Assembly: GCA_965655095.1 (NCBI GenBank)
Contig: OZ296648.1
Location: forward strand, 61,318,001 to 61,382,000
DNA length: 64,000 nt
From: Haplodiscus bocki
Taxonomy: Eukaryota
Reading direction: 5' to 3'
Of the stretch, positions 49,281 to 62,639 are shown one piece after another. Within the stretch, counting starts at the first letter, position 1. The number at the start of each line of letters is the position of its first letter. A model generated the notes under the pieces. The model was given only the letters and a program-made list of their open reading frames with translations. It searched no databases and was not told the DNA's origin. A program made the position numbers and the translations under genes.

Positions 49281-51479
49281 TTTTTGCGTTCGGAATGATA
49301 TGTTTTGTCAATTTCTTCATTTTTCCAAAATATTTCTGTCAAGGCAGATAATTTTGACTTTCAAAATACATTGCGGAAAGCAAAAAACAACAAAAAAATT
49401 ATCTGTTGAGTCGTCCCACGAGTCAAAATATGAGCAAAACCTAAAGTTTTAAGTGCCTTAATGCATTCAACGTAACAGAACTAACAGGGGCTCAAATTTC
49501 AGGTACTCATCAACTCAATTGGGGTAAACAATTGATATTTACTTTAGATTTTCGGGATTTCAACGCAAGGATCAAGAGCCATGATTTTTTATTGATTGGT
49601 CCTCCATAACCAGAGAGCTCTCGATAGAGTCCTTGATGGAATAATTCAAGCTTGTAGTTTTAGAAAAGCAGGAGTTTGTAAAACCGAGATCAGTAAAAAC
49701 TAAAAACAAGTTTGGGTTTTTTTGGGTTTTCAAGATTTAGATGCATTAAAAAGTGTTGATTTTCCAAAAATTTCTCCTTTAGTAAAAAAATATTTCGATT
49801 GAGACTTTCCCACTGGTAGTGTTGAAGAAGAAAAATGAATCTGAAAGTCAGGATATGTCACAATGCAATTCTTCCATGTTTTACTATCAGAACTCCGACA
49901 GAGGGAATAAAATCTAGTGTTTTTATTGAATTGTCCCGTGAATCGGAGCGTTGTCAATTGAACCCATGACTCAAAAACACAAGCTGGTAGTTTTGGAGAA
50001 TTATCACTTTGAAGAAACGCTCAACTATTTTTATCAAAAATTTTTTGCCATTCTCGGCCTTCCACGATTTGGACGCAAAGAAGCAATTAATGAATTTTAT
50101 CAAAAGTCTTCCGCCCGTAAATAGCTGCTGATGGAGACGTCTCCAGGAGGACTGAAACAGGTAGCGCTGCAGAAAAATGAATTTCAATGTCGAAATTAGT
50201 CAAAATGATCAGCAAATTTTGGCATGTTTGGAAAATCATTATTCCGATATGAGGAAGAACACATAATTGCTCAATGTGTTCCACAAATAGAAAACTGTTG
50301 ATTAGGACCATGATCGATGAAATGAAACCATTTGTTGCTTAGAAAAAAGACTTTGAACATGAAGATATGTCAGAGTTAATAGCACTTTTCGCAGGCTTTG
50401 CTCTATCAAGATTCCCAAAAGGATCAAAACTGAAACTTTTTCTAATGAAACGTCTTCAAGTAAGAGGCTCACGGTTGAGCGCTTGATGCAAAAAGCCAAG
50501 TTGGCGGTTTTGGTAATTTATGAGTTTGAAAACCGAAGTTTCTATTTTTTGTTGCGTCTTTCATAATTTTCGGCCTCTCAAGATTCAGTTGCTAAAAAGG
50601 ATCTTGTAACTGAATGAACCTACTCGTTTGAAGATCTGTCAACCCAGACTTTAATTAAACAACTGAATTATTTTTTTTGGAGAAAAGTGAGTTTCAACAT
50701 CCATCAAAATCAAAAATATTTGCTCTCCTGTCATGAGGGTATCACTGAGCAGGGTGAAACAGCATGAAAACTTGCGAAGAATTTTCCTTTTTGGCTATAG
50801 AGAAAACAAAAGGACGAAAAAAATTGTTTTCATAAGCGGAAAAAAATTTGATTTAGTTGTCCGAATTTCAATTTTTTAAGTACGATTCATAATTTTTTAA
50901 CCGGGCTGTTCATGAAAATCAATAAATTTGAAAACTCTCTCAACAAAACATTTAAAAACAACTGTTTGTTTCTGTCAGGCAGGAAAAAACAACTTTTTGA
51001 AAAAAAGCAGGTTCCTCAAAATTGATTGACTTTCATTGAAGTAGCTTTGTCTATTCGTTTTTTTCCAGAAATAGGAAGATTGATAACAAGAGTCTACAGA
51101 CGTAATAAGACGTAATAAAAAGGATTGTAGTGGGATTTGAACCCATTGTTGGCGGGCTGCGTAACCACAAAGCCACCACAAGTGGGAAAAAATTACTACA
51201 CAATTGGTATGTATTAGTACGCATTTGAGCCTGAGCTCAAATGTTTTATTTTCTAAAATATTACTTCTTGTTATGATTAACTCAGAAGTTTTTGCCACTT
51301 TGTGAAACTGCAATAGTTTTGAAAAACGAAGAAAAAATTTTTGTCATTCCCCGCTTACGTTTTCCATTTTTTTTTAAAAAAAACTCAACTATCAGAAGAT
51401 ATCGTGATACCCCGTCGCATAAAACGGAATTTTCACAAAAGTAAAAGCCGAAAACCTTTTGTGAAAGTCAGAACAACAA

Positions 51480-54400
51480 CGAAAATGTGATGACCCCAAC
51501 AGTTCCTCAATTATCTGCTATCGACCCTCCACATGCTTTTCACCTGCAAAAATTGACATGTCGAAATTGTTTGGAGATTTTTTAATTGTTGAAAACAGTT
51601 TTTCGTAACCTGTAAATTTGAAAGTACAATTTGCAAAATTTGAAAAATCCAAAAAATAAGTTCTTTGTACTCTGTAAAGTTTGAATTATTTCGTTGCCCA
51701 CGAATACTAAAACAATGAAGGATTTCAAATTTTTGTTTCTTTTCTGCCCAAAATATTTTGTTGAGGAAGACACCTAAGAAATTCTTGAAATACAAAACTT
51801 AAACTTTTTTCTCATATTAGCACAAAATCTAAAAACAAACTAACCTGACTTTAGAGCAAATTTTTTGTTGTTCGATCTTCAATGCAATTGAAAGTTCCAC
51901 TTCTAATAAACTAATAGTTCATGCCTGTCTTTCGACAACGAACATACCCAATTCTTCCCAAATATCAAAGTTGTTAATCAATGATATGCTTTCAAATTTG
52001 AGTTCTGCACCTTCCTAGGACTGTCTGATTATACAGTGAAAGGGTGCACTTTCCAGTGATGGTATGAAGTGGAAGCAATGCTAAAATCCTTCTAGAACAA
52101 TCACACTTAAAGGTAAACATAATGTTTTGAACATTCTTCCATAGTCCCCGACATTTGCCAATCGCGATGTTGATTTTTTGTGTTATATATACCGGCATCG
52201 TTTTAATAAATTTTTACAACATAATCTTGTCAAAGTAATGCTTTCCATGAAACAAACAACTTTCCGAGAAATACTTGTTCCTCCATTTGGGTGGAATTGC
52301 TATTTGAAGTCTATTATCTGCGTAGTCCAGCTCCGAACGAATACCAAAAACACTCATTGAGATCCAAAAGTTCGCTTAGTTGATGACTTTTTTGCCAGCC
52401 GGCGCGTTCCTTAAAGCTGCTCGATGGTTGACGTGGTTTCGTAACCGACCTTCAGCATAATGTAGAAGTCATGGAAAATTGTTCAATTTTTTTCGGAAAG
52501 ACAAAACACCAACGAAAATTAAATGCGAAAACCCCAAAAATTCACAAGTTTATGTGCTACCGAATATCCGCATGTTTTTACTTAAGATAGTAGAGCTGGC
52601 AATTTTTTGTGGAGATCTTTTCATTGTTGAAAAATAGTGTGTCGTAACCTGCAAAGTTGAAAGTTTATTTTACAAAGTTGAAAAAAACTTCAATAAATTA
52701 GTCCCTTGTAACCTGCAAAGTTTAAACATTTGGTTGCCCACGAACGCAAATAAATTTGGAAATTCAAAACGTTGCTTTTTTTCGTCAAAAATTTTGTGTT
52801 GAAGAAAACCCATTTAGGATCTCTTGAGCCATAAAATATGATTATTTCACATTTGATAGCTCAAAATTGAGGAAAAAAACAAACTATTTTGATGTTACAG
52901 CCAACGTTCTGTTCTTCAATATTCAAAACAATTGGAAGTGCTACATTTTGTAAACTTTTCGTTCAGGCCTAACATTCGACAACGGACATCCAGAGTTTTT
53001 TCCAAAAATCGAAGTTGCCAAACAATGACATGCTTACCAAATTTGACTTTTGGGCGTTCAGAGGAATGCCCTATTATACATAAGGAAGTGCATTTTCAAA
53101 GATGATGAGCAGTGGGGCAAAGCCAAATTCCCTCTGAAATATTGCGAATTAATTTTGAAAATGATGTTTTTAACATTTTCCAAAGTCCCAAAAAACGCTA
53201 ATTGACATGTTGACTTTTCCTGCTATACAAATCGTCATCTTTTTCAAACTTTTCACCACATTATCTTGGCAAATTAAAGCTTTCCAGAGAACAAACAATC
53301 TTCAGTAAAACATTTGTTCGCTGGCTGGGTGGAATTTCTCATTGATGGCTACTATCTGCTTAAACCAGCTCGGAACAGACATTGAAAAAACCCGATGACA
53401 CCTAAAAGCTCGCGTATTGGTTGAATTCCTCCCTAACCAGCGCATTCCATAATCCTCGTGGAAGGTTGATATGGTTTCTTACCCACCTTAACCTTTTTGT
53501 AAAGACCATGAGGACTGCAAGAAAAAAAATTCGGAAAACAAAACACCAACGATTTTGTGATTACCTCGGCAATTCCCTAAATTTTCTGCTGTCGGACGTC
53601 CGCATGCTTTTTATCTAAGACAATTGACCTGCCAAAAGTTTCTTGAGATCTTTCAATTGCTGAAAAATAGCTTTTTCTAACTTGCAAAGTTCAAAGTACA
53701 ACTTGCAATATTGAAAAACATTATTGAAAAACATTGAAAAACTAAGTTATTGTTTGTAACCTTTAAAGTTGAGATTATTTAGTTGCCCACAAACAAAAAA
53801 TTTTGGTTTTTCAAACCTTTGTATCTTTGGCCCAAAATAGTGTGATGAGGAAAACAACTTAGAATTTCCTGAGCCACTAAACTTATACTTTCCTCTCAAA
53901 ATAGCTTGAAACGAGAAGAAACAAACTAACTTGTTGTTAGAGAGCAACAACTAAGTTGTTCAATTTTCGATGCAATTCACAGCCGTACTTTCGGTTAACT
54001 TTTTGTTCATGCCCAAATCTCGACAACGAGCATACCGAATTCCTTCTTATTATCAAAGTTGCCAATCACTGACATGCTTCCCAAATTTTTTTTCGTGTTC
54101 GTAGGAATGTCTTAATATACATTGAGAGAGTGTATTTTTAGGTTGGGTGGAATTGCTCTCTCAAGGCTGAAATATGCCTCTTCCAGCTGGGAAAAAAACC
54201 CGAAAACTCTTCATGAAATTTAAAAGCGCTCATACTAGTTAACTTTCTCGCTATCAGGCGCATTCTATGATCGTCCTGGAGGGACAATGTCGCTTGGTAC
54301 CCAACTTCAACATATTGCAAAGACCATGGAAGTTGCCCGGAAAAAATTTCGGAAAACATCTGCTGCTCGAATGACTACATGCTCTTTATTTAGGATAAGT

Positions 54401-56330
54401 GACCCGCCAATTTTTCTGGAGAGTTTTCAATTGCTGAAAAACAGCTTTTCTTAACCTGAAAAGTTCAAAGTACAACTTGAAAAAAAGAACAAATCAATAA
54501 ATTAGTTATTTGTTCCTTTAAAGTTTAGGGTAATTGGATGTCCACCAAAAAATTAGGTTTTTCAAACTTTTGTATTTTTGACCCAAAACAGTGTGTTCAG
54601 GAAAACAACTTAGAACTTCTTGAGCTACAGAACTTAAATTTTTCTCTCAACATAGCTATAAATTGAGAAAAAACGAACTAAATTGAAGCTAGAGCAACCT
54701 TTATTTTGTTCAGTTTTCAATGCAATTGAAATTCATACTTTGAGTATACTTTCTGTTCATGCCCAAATTTCGAAAACGAACATACCAACTTTCTCCTCAA
54801 TATCGAAGTTGCCAATCAATATTATGCTTACATTTCATTTTTGCGCCTTATTATATGTTGATAGAGTGCATTTTTAATGATGTTGTGATGTGGGGGCTAC
54901 GTCGAATTCCTTTTATTCGAATGTGAAGTAAACGTACTGAAGATAGTTTCAAAATACTTCCAGAGTCCCCAACATTCGTTAAATGCCATGTTGATTTTTG
55001 GTTCCTTATATACCAGCATACGTTTCAGAGTTGTTCACAACAAAAACTTGTCAAATTAAAATTTTCCATAACGCACACATTTTTCCGTAAAACACATGTT
55101 CCTCTAGCTACGTGGAAATGCTCTTTCAGGGCTATAATATGCCTCGTTCAGCTCGGACAAAAACCGAGAAATCTTTTTGAGGTCTAAAAGCTCGCATACT
55201 AGTTAACTTTTTCGCTAGCAGGCGCTTTCCATTATCATCCTGGAGGGATAATGTCGTTTCGTTTCCAACTGCAACATATTGTAAAGACCGTGGAAATTGC
55301 CCAAAAAACGTTTCGGAAATTTATACACCAGCGAAATGGTGATAATCTCAACAAATCCCTCTATTATCTGCTGTCGAATGACCGCATGCTTTTTATCTAG
55401 AAAATTTGACCAGCCAAAAATTCCTGGAGGTTTTTCAGTTGCTGAAAAATAGCTTTTCCTAACCTGTAGTTTTCAAAGTACAACTTGCAAAAATGAAAAC
55501 TTCAATAAATTAGTTCTTTTTAACCTGTAAACTCTCAAGTATTCAATTGCCGGGGAACAAAAAAAAACAAATTAAGATCTTCAAAATTTTGTGATCTGTG
55601 ACCTTGAATATTGTGTTCAGGAAAACAACGTAGAATCTCTTGATCTACAAAACCTAAACTATTCACTTGTGATGGCTCAAAATCGAGAAAAAAGAAATTA
55701 ACCTGATATTACAGCAAACTTTATGTTGTTCAATCTTCAAAACAGTTGAAATGGCTCTTTTCGTTAAACTTTTTGCTCGTGCTTAATCTTCGACAACGAA
55801 CATACCGAATTCCTCCCAAAAATCAAAGTTGCCAATCAAAGACATTCTCGACAATTTTGGATTTTGCGCATTCCCAGGAATCCTTCAACATACTTTGAAA
55901 GATTGCATTTTTTGATGATGATGTGAAGTGGGGGCAATGCCGAATTCTTTCTAGAACTTTCCGAAGTAAATGTAAAGATGGCGTTTTCAACATTCTTCCA
56001 TAGACCCGACAATAGCTAAATGCCATGTTGATTTTTGGCGTTTTATATACCAACACACTTTTCAAACTTTTCCATAACAATAACTTGTCTAAATAAATTT
56101 TTCCGTAACGCACACAATTTTTCGTAAAACACCTATTCCTCTAGCCTTGTGGAATTGCTTTTTGAAGGCTAATATCTGCCTAGTCCAGCTCGGAAGAAAA
56201 ACTGAAAAAACTCGTTGAGGTCTCTTACTAGCCGGTGTTTTCCATAGTCCTGGTGGCGGGTTGATATGCTTTCGTACCGACTTTCAACATATTGTAAGGA
56301 CCATAGAAATCGACTTAAGAATCTCGTGAA
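51480..56330. repeat. Tandem array of about five ~1-kb units
   Basis: Anchor TCGACAACGAACATACC and colinear flanks recur at ~51931, 52975, 54019, 54769 and 55789 (one unit is internally deleted). Confidence 0.85.
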
Positions 56331-56896
56331 ATCCGGGCTAAAAAACATAAAAGAAAAAATGGGAGTTGCTGTATTTTTGAGCTGTAGAACATCACTAGAA
56401 ACGTGGTAATTCAAAACGTCTTGACAACTGAGGTTGCGGTTAATTATTTAAATGGTGTGATTTCTCAAGTTTTGGGTATTTTTGACCTTGGAGGTTTTGG
56501 GCTTGCGTGTTTTGAAATCGGGGTTTCTATCTTTCAACCGTTTGAGACAAAGCGATCCATGACTTTTCCAGTGTTTTTGCTTCGGAGCTGCACGCGACAG
56601 AAATTATTTCAATTCTACTGCACTTTTTGTAATCATAACTTATTATCATATTTATCTTTTAAGCTATTCCAGAACTCATGAATATGCTTGAGATAAGTGT
56701 TGTCCAGAGTTTTGTAATTTTATCCAATACTGATTAGAAAAAGTCACAAACTTAACATACTGAAGCACAAACCACAACACAAAAGTGTTGAAAACATTGA
56801 ACTAATCAACAGTTTTCAAAACTCAAGGGTACTTACGTTTCCCAAGCGTTAGAATGTAACTCATTTCCTACCCCTCCTGAGAAGTCATAGGAACCT

Positions 56897-57022
56897 ACCG
56901 GTGGCCATCGGTGGTCCAGAGCATTCTCACGGATGGACAATCGGTGGACAACCGGTGGTCCACCCGTGACAGCCATCAATTCTCGACATGGCCATCGATG
57001 GACCACAAGTGGCTATCGATGG
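56897..57022. repeat. GC-rich GGTGGCCATC/GATGGAC short-unit cluster, probable transposon arm
   Basis: Repeated GGTGG(C/T/A)C and CCATCGATGG motifs in an otherwise AT-rich background. Confidence 0.45.
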
Positions 57023-58256
57023 AAATAAAAATCTCAAAATAAACTATGCGCCTAAAAAATCCCGTGTACCTCGGAAGATCTGCATCTATGAGCCACCGGT
57101 TATAACTACTATGAGCACTAGGTCTGCGGAAAAACGTATTTTTAGCAAAATTCAAATTAGTGACTTTATAGTTTAAAAACTAATAAAAACACCTCACAAT
57201 TGATCCTGCAATCAAAAAAACTCAAAACAATCCCTAGAAAAATCTGCAGAGGCGGAAACAGTGCTTGAATGTCCACCGGAACTAAAATACGTTAAATTAA
57301 CACGTTGAATAATTGAGGACACCAAAAACACTTCTTCTGCAGTTTTGCTTATCGACTAAATCTACCAAAAAGAGCTGACACTGGCAGGGCTACCAACGAG
57401 CATGTGCATAAACAGGATCCCCCATTGCCCAGAAAAAATGAGAAAGCATAAAAAATCAAGGTTACAATGTTTTCGAGGTCAATCATATTGAATTTTGAGG
57501 ACGTTAATCCAACTCCCCATAAAAGTATTCAAAAATCATCAGTATGGGAATAGTATTTAAAAAACCATGAAATCTATAGAAATATCGAAACAAGTACCGG
57601 AAAACAAGAATAAGATCAAGAAAATTAGATGTCATTCCCAAAAAGAGATATAGAAAAACAGGAAAAAAATGCAAAACTTCAAATATTTTTCACAAAAAAT
57701 GATGTTATTCCTGAAATGGATTTAAACGTTATTCTTTAGGTGCTAAACTTGGCCCCCTTCTCGAATATTATACAGGCTAACGGATTAGTGCCTAAAGGAT
57801 TAATATCTAAATCATTGCCGAATAATATCTGGAACTGATATGATTTTAATCATTTTTGGGGAATAATATCTGAAGTTTTACATATTATGGGGATCAGGAA
57901 TAACACGCGGAAGAACCTTAAAATCCATTAATCGATGGCTGGGGCCAGATAATGAACATATATGACTATTTGGTGAGATGCAATGGAGCCTCGTTACAGG
58001 AAGGCAGCATGTCATTTTTTGAGAAGGGAACAAAAATCCATGAAGCAAGAATAACGCAAGAAGCAAGCAGACTATAAAGTTGCATAAATTTTTGAAATTA
58101 AAATGAAAAACTGCTGTCTATCTTTAAAAAAGAAAACTAACAATCGTTTTCGACCCGTCCTTGTGATCCATTCGGTTGAAGTTTTCGTTCACTTGGGGAC
58201 GATCATGGAAAACAAAATTTTGCCGAAAAGTTTCAAAATTTAAGAGCATGAAAAAT

Positions 58257-58909
58257 CCCCAGGTCCCAGATGTTTCAACGCTGAAACGTACTTATTAAGA
58301 AATTTAACGTTTTTAAGCGCTGCTTGGAACTGAAAATCAAGAAATAATTTTACCAGCACTTATCAATTTCATCTGTTCAAGGTTTATTTTATTTGCGCTG
58401 GTAGTAAAATGGGAGATTCCAACTATCAGGAAAACCAGCAAGACCACAATGACAGGTTGATACCCGTGCTGGATCGCCATGCCATGAGCCATTCCATGAT
58501 TTTTTCATATCATAAGCTTTAAAACGTCATAGATGATACATGGATGATGTTCCATGAATTTCCGGTTCGCAGTCGCCGAGATAATGAGCCGAAAAACGGC
58601 GTTTCAGAAGTTTGACGTGTTTGAGCGCTGTTCAGTACTGATTCAGAGAACATGAAAAACACTAGCTCTAATCAGCGCTGTTTCATAGTGATCAGCCCTG
58701 ATTTTCTCTGAATCAGTGCTGTTAAGAGCTGGATATAATGGTTTGAAAAACGACGAAAACTGACTTTTTTCCGCCGAGAAAACAGATCTTCATCGATGAA
58801 CAGTGATGAAACAACGCTGTTCGGAGTAATAAAATTAGCACTGACCAGCTCTGCATGCTTATAAATTAGTTCTTAATTGCGCTGAAGTCATAAGAGGTTT
58901 CAACACGGG
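58257..58909. mobile_element. Diverged near-full copy of the TCAGCGCTGA MITE family
   Basis: AGCGCTG repeats in both arms; right end TTTCAACACGGG. Confidence 0.55.
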
Positions 58910-59719
58910 TGAGCGAAAATATGGATGTTTTTAAAAAAACACAATGTTCCCTGCACAGCAGATTGGTCCTCAATTGAAATTGTGAGAAAAAGAGGTCATA
59001 TTCCCCCAAAATTTTTAAAAATCAAAAATTTCAAAATTCTTCTAAACTCTAACAACTTTCACGACTGTATGATGAATTGACATGCATGATTAATGGTCCG
59101 AACGTTATCAAGCATGTTTAAAAATGGTTTAATTGATATCCACAACTTATGCATAATTATCCTTGGTTGGGCAACAGCATCCATCAAAATTCATGATTAT
59201 ATTTGATATTACTTGAACTGCTATCAGTGGTCAACATGTAGATGCCATGCGTCACATTCGGCCTGACTAGAAACGACAATAAAATTATATACACTACAAA
59301 AAGTTATATCAATTAGTACCTAAGTAGTAACATTCTTCTTACTCTGGCATCTACAACTCTAGCACTAAAAAAAGGTACTAAAATTTACAGCTCTGGCATA
59401 TATGCTATTTTTGCGTAGAAATTGAGATAAAATGAGTGTGTGGAAAAAAATTGAGATAAAATGAGCGTGTGGAACAATACATAGTTGTTGGCTCAACTAA
59501 ATTATGCACAATTTTTCGATAATATGCGACAACACTCCGCAGTTCTGATCTGAGCAATAAAAAAAGTAAAGTAAGAAATTAATTGGGTCAAATTTTGATT
59601 ACTTTATTATTATTGCTACCAGTCAAATAATTTTTTTTGTTAGTTAGATAAAATCATTGTGTCATAAAATCAATCAGTTTTTCCATTAAAAACTCGAAAT
59701 AAGCTGTTTTGAATTTCAG

Positions 59720-59839
59720 GTTTTGCTGAAGTTACCTTGTGAATTGCATACTAAAAACATCTTGCATGCGTACAAACATCTGCACAACAGTGGAAACCCC
59801 ACCCAGATCCCAAATCTAATCACAAGTTCACACCCTTGA
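59720..59839 (+). CDS. TBC-like host gene, terminal exon 14 (VLLKLPCELHTKNILHAYKHL...SSHP*)
   Basis: TTTCAG acceptor at 59719, 39 codons then TGA, phase 0. Total spliced CDS is 2058 nt = 685 aa. Confidence 0.8.
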   Translation, partial: VLLKLPCELHTKNILHAYKHLHNSGNPTQIPNLITSSHP

Positions 59840-60629
59840 CATCTCTACAGAGGCTCCAACTGCCAATGGAAAAAATAACCTATAGCACAAATACCGTGCT
59901 TGTGGAAAAGGAAGTAAAGTTGTTTCTGACTGCATCTCAATCTCAACTCATATTTCACTGATTTGACTCCTACCATCAATTCCACAAAATCAAACTTCGT
60001 CGTTTAACTCTTTTGAAAAAAAGTGAGAGAAAATCAAATTTTTGTGTCAATTTTTTTTTGACAACGAATTTTGAAAATACCAGTTGGTTCAAAACTTTAC
60101 GTGGTCGAGAATTTATGGGATTTTCAACTTTTTACTACAAATAGGCATTCCATTTATATCTGGTAAAATATCACTCTTGTTTGAGTTAAAATATTAAATG
60201 AACCAGCCAGGAACGGCATTGCCTGAAAGGTTCAAAATTCTTGAAAAGGGGAGCTTTTGACACTTTAAAAAAATTGGGTTTTTCCAAAAAAAGATCGGTA
60301 GAAAATAGACCTCTTTGAAAAAATTTTCTCCACACCAGCAAAAAAAATTGAGACAATTTGGTCTTCAAAAAATTGTGGTTTTCGGATAATTTTCCTATAG
60401 CGAAGGGGTTGTCAAAATTCTAGTCATAAAAGGAAAAATTTTAGTCTCGCAATGCCGAAAAACTTTGTAGTGGGACCCCTTGGGGTTTTCGAAACGTTCG
60501 ATTTCAATGCACCGGTTGCTCTTGTTGCTAGTAAAATAAGGCCTTTTTTCAACACGGCTCTTTTTTGGGAGTATACGAATTCTCTTTCCGTTTTCGTCAA
60601 ATACACGAAGAAAAAAGCTAGCCACTGTA

Positions 60630-61276
60630 CAGTAGTGTTTCAAAAGAATGGAGCTCCTATGCACAAATTGACCAACTTTAGACATCAATATCTCTGAAAC
60701 TATTTGAAATGGTTACTTTTGGTAGAATAAAAAGTTTCTGAGATTTTTATCTAGCTTACAATCGTTTTTGTTTCAAAATTTACCAATACAGCATAAGTTA
60801 GAAATGGTGATTTTTGGACAATTTTAAATAAATTTCGTGTATTTTTGATATTTAAAAGCCTCACTGAAAATTTTTTTGTACGTAAATATTCTCCTAAAAT
60901 TCTTGAAACCATCATTATATTTAGTTTTCGAAAATATTTCAAATTGCGCATAAAATTGCTGCTTTCGTACACTGAACTTTGAAGTTACATATTCTAGGAT
61001 AGGTTTTACGATTTGCATTTGAAAAAATTGCGACATGTATTTAAATTCAAAATATTTCTTCATCAAAATATATCACAGGATTCAAGAAATTCTGGGGAAT
61101 TTTTGTGGTACATAATTTCTCGAAAAAGTTTTTTCTAACTTGGTCAAACTTCAAAAAAACGATAGAGTTTACCAAAATTGGCAAATCTTAACCAATGAGA
61201 TTGAGAATTAAGAGCAAATAACGAGATCCCATTGGCTGAAACGCTCATAAGCTCCATTTTTTTTAACACACTACTG
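60630..61276. mobile_element. Tc1/mariner-type MITE
   Basis: TA-flanked TIRs CAGTAGTGTTTCAAAAGAATGGAGCT / AGCTCCATT(T)nAACACACTACTG. Confidence 0.8.
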
Positions 61277-62172
61277 TAGTAGTTTGCCACTTTTACCTAA
61301 CTGTAAAACTGCCGACTAAAAACAATGAAATGATTGAGCTCCCCGTTTCGCCCACAAAATGTTCGATTTCAAATATGTCTGCATAAAGAACAAATTTGAT
61401 TCTGTTTGAATAAAAAGCAGTCTCAAATTTTGAAAGCTGCAAAAAACTCTTTCTTCCCTTCTTAACAACTGAGCGAAATAGCTTCCATTAAAGAGTTCAA
61501 AAAATGAAATTCGATTAATGAAAACTTTCTGTTTCAGTAAATATATTGTTACCTTTTCTTAAATGGCTAACGTGTTTGCATTTTCATCAACTTCGGGAGC
61601 ACGTTTTCTTTTATAAATCTACACATAAGTCATCAAACTAGAACTTGTGTAAGAACAAGCCGAGAATGGCCAAGTAGACGCCTCAACATAAGGGGAGCTT
61701 TAGTTGTTGTGAATGTTTTGCTTTTTGTTCGTGCAATAATTTGGTATACTCTTCATAGATATCACAAAAAATTTTAAGTAAAGTCCAAAACTTTTCCTGA
61801 AACGCGAGAGTAGGAGTATATAAAAATTCCGGAAGAGGGATTATCACCCAAATTTTAAGAGATCGTTCTTCTTAAGAAAATGGAATACTGCAGAGAGGTT
61901 ATCATAGCTATTTCTAGAAGTTTCTATTCTATATTCTTGTAGTTTCAATTACATGATTTTCGAACAAAAATTATTTTTCTCGTTTCCTTTCTAAAACTCT
62001 GGACTATCTTTGCAGCGTTCTACTGATAGTATGCACTGCCTGAAGAACATATAATTTCTGCGGTTAGATTTACCAGAATGTACACAGTAGGTCTTCTGCC
62101 ACTTAAAGTATTCTAAGTACTGCTTCAGTTGGTCTTCTTTACTTGAAAGTAACAGTGCCGACTGAAAAGTAT

Positions 62173-62639
62173 AACAAGACCGCCGGCTACCAGCGGCATA
62201 ATTTGCGCCTTCCCGGTTTTGTAAATAAGGCTTCTAAGAAGATGAAAATGTTTTTTTTTTCGAAAAAACACTGTTTCTTCATCATATTTTCTAGTTTTTC
62301 CCATGTTCGAAGTTTTCTGACTTTTTGCTAAAAGAAACCTCGTAATTAGGGCGGAAATGACACTCTTAAGAAATAATTCCATTTGATACGCATTCTACCG
62401 TAAAATTGCCACCATTAGAGATTTCGAAAAATTTCAAGTTTTTTTGGAAAAAGCAATCTATTTTTTCAAAAGAGACCCAAATTTCGAACGTTTCGAGAAA
62501 TCTCACTATTTCAGTGGCATTCTACGGCAAATTTGCTACAATTTAGTCAAAAATAATTTCACGTTCAGTAGCGTAAGCAAACTTGCCGATGAGGAGTGCA
62601 AACATCGGGTAAAAAAACGTCGGAACTTGAGAGGAAGAT
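62173..62639 (+). mobile_element. Helentron-like non-autonomous element
   Basis: Starts AACAAGACCGCCGGCTACC (homologous to the ends at 7351 and 8109); subterminal hairpin CCGATG...CATCGG; A/T-rich flanks with no TSD. Related fragments lie at ~12500-12900 and 16480-16620. Confidence 0.55.

Noticed and set aside
59292-59645. CACTA element (CACTACAAAAAG start)
   Set aside because: The matching right terminus is degenerate and there is no TSD.
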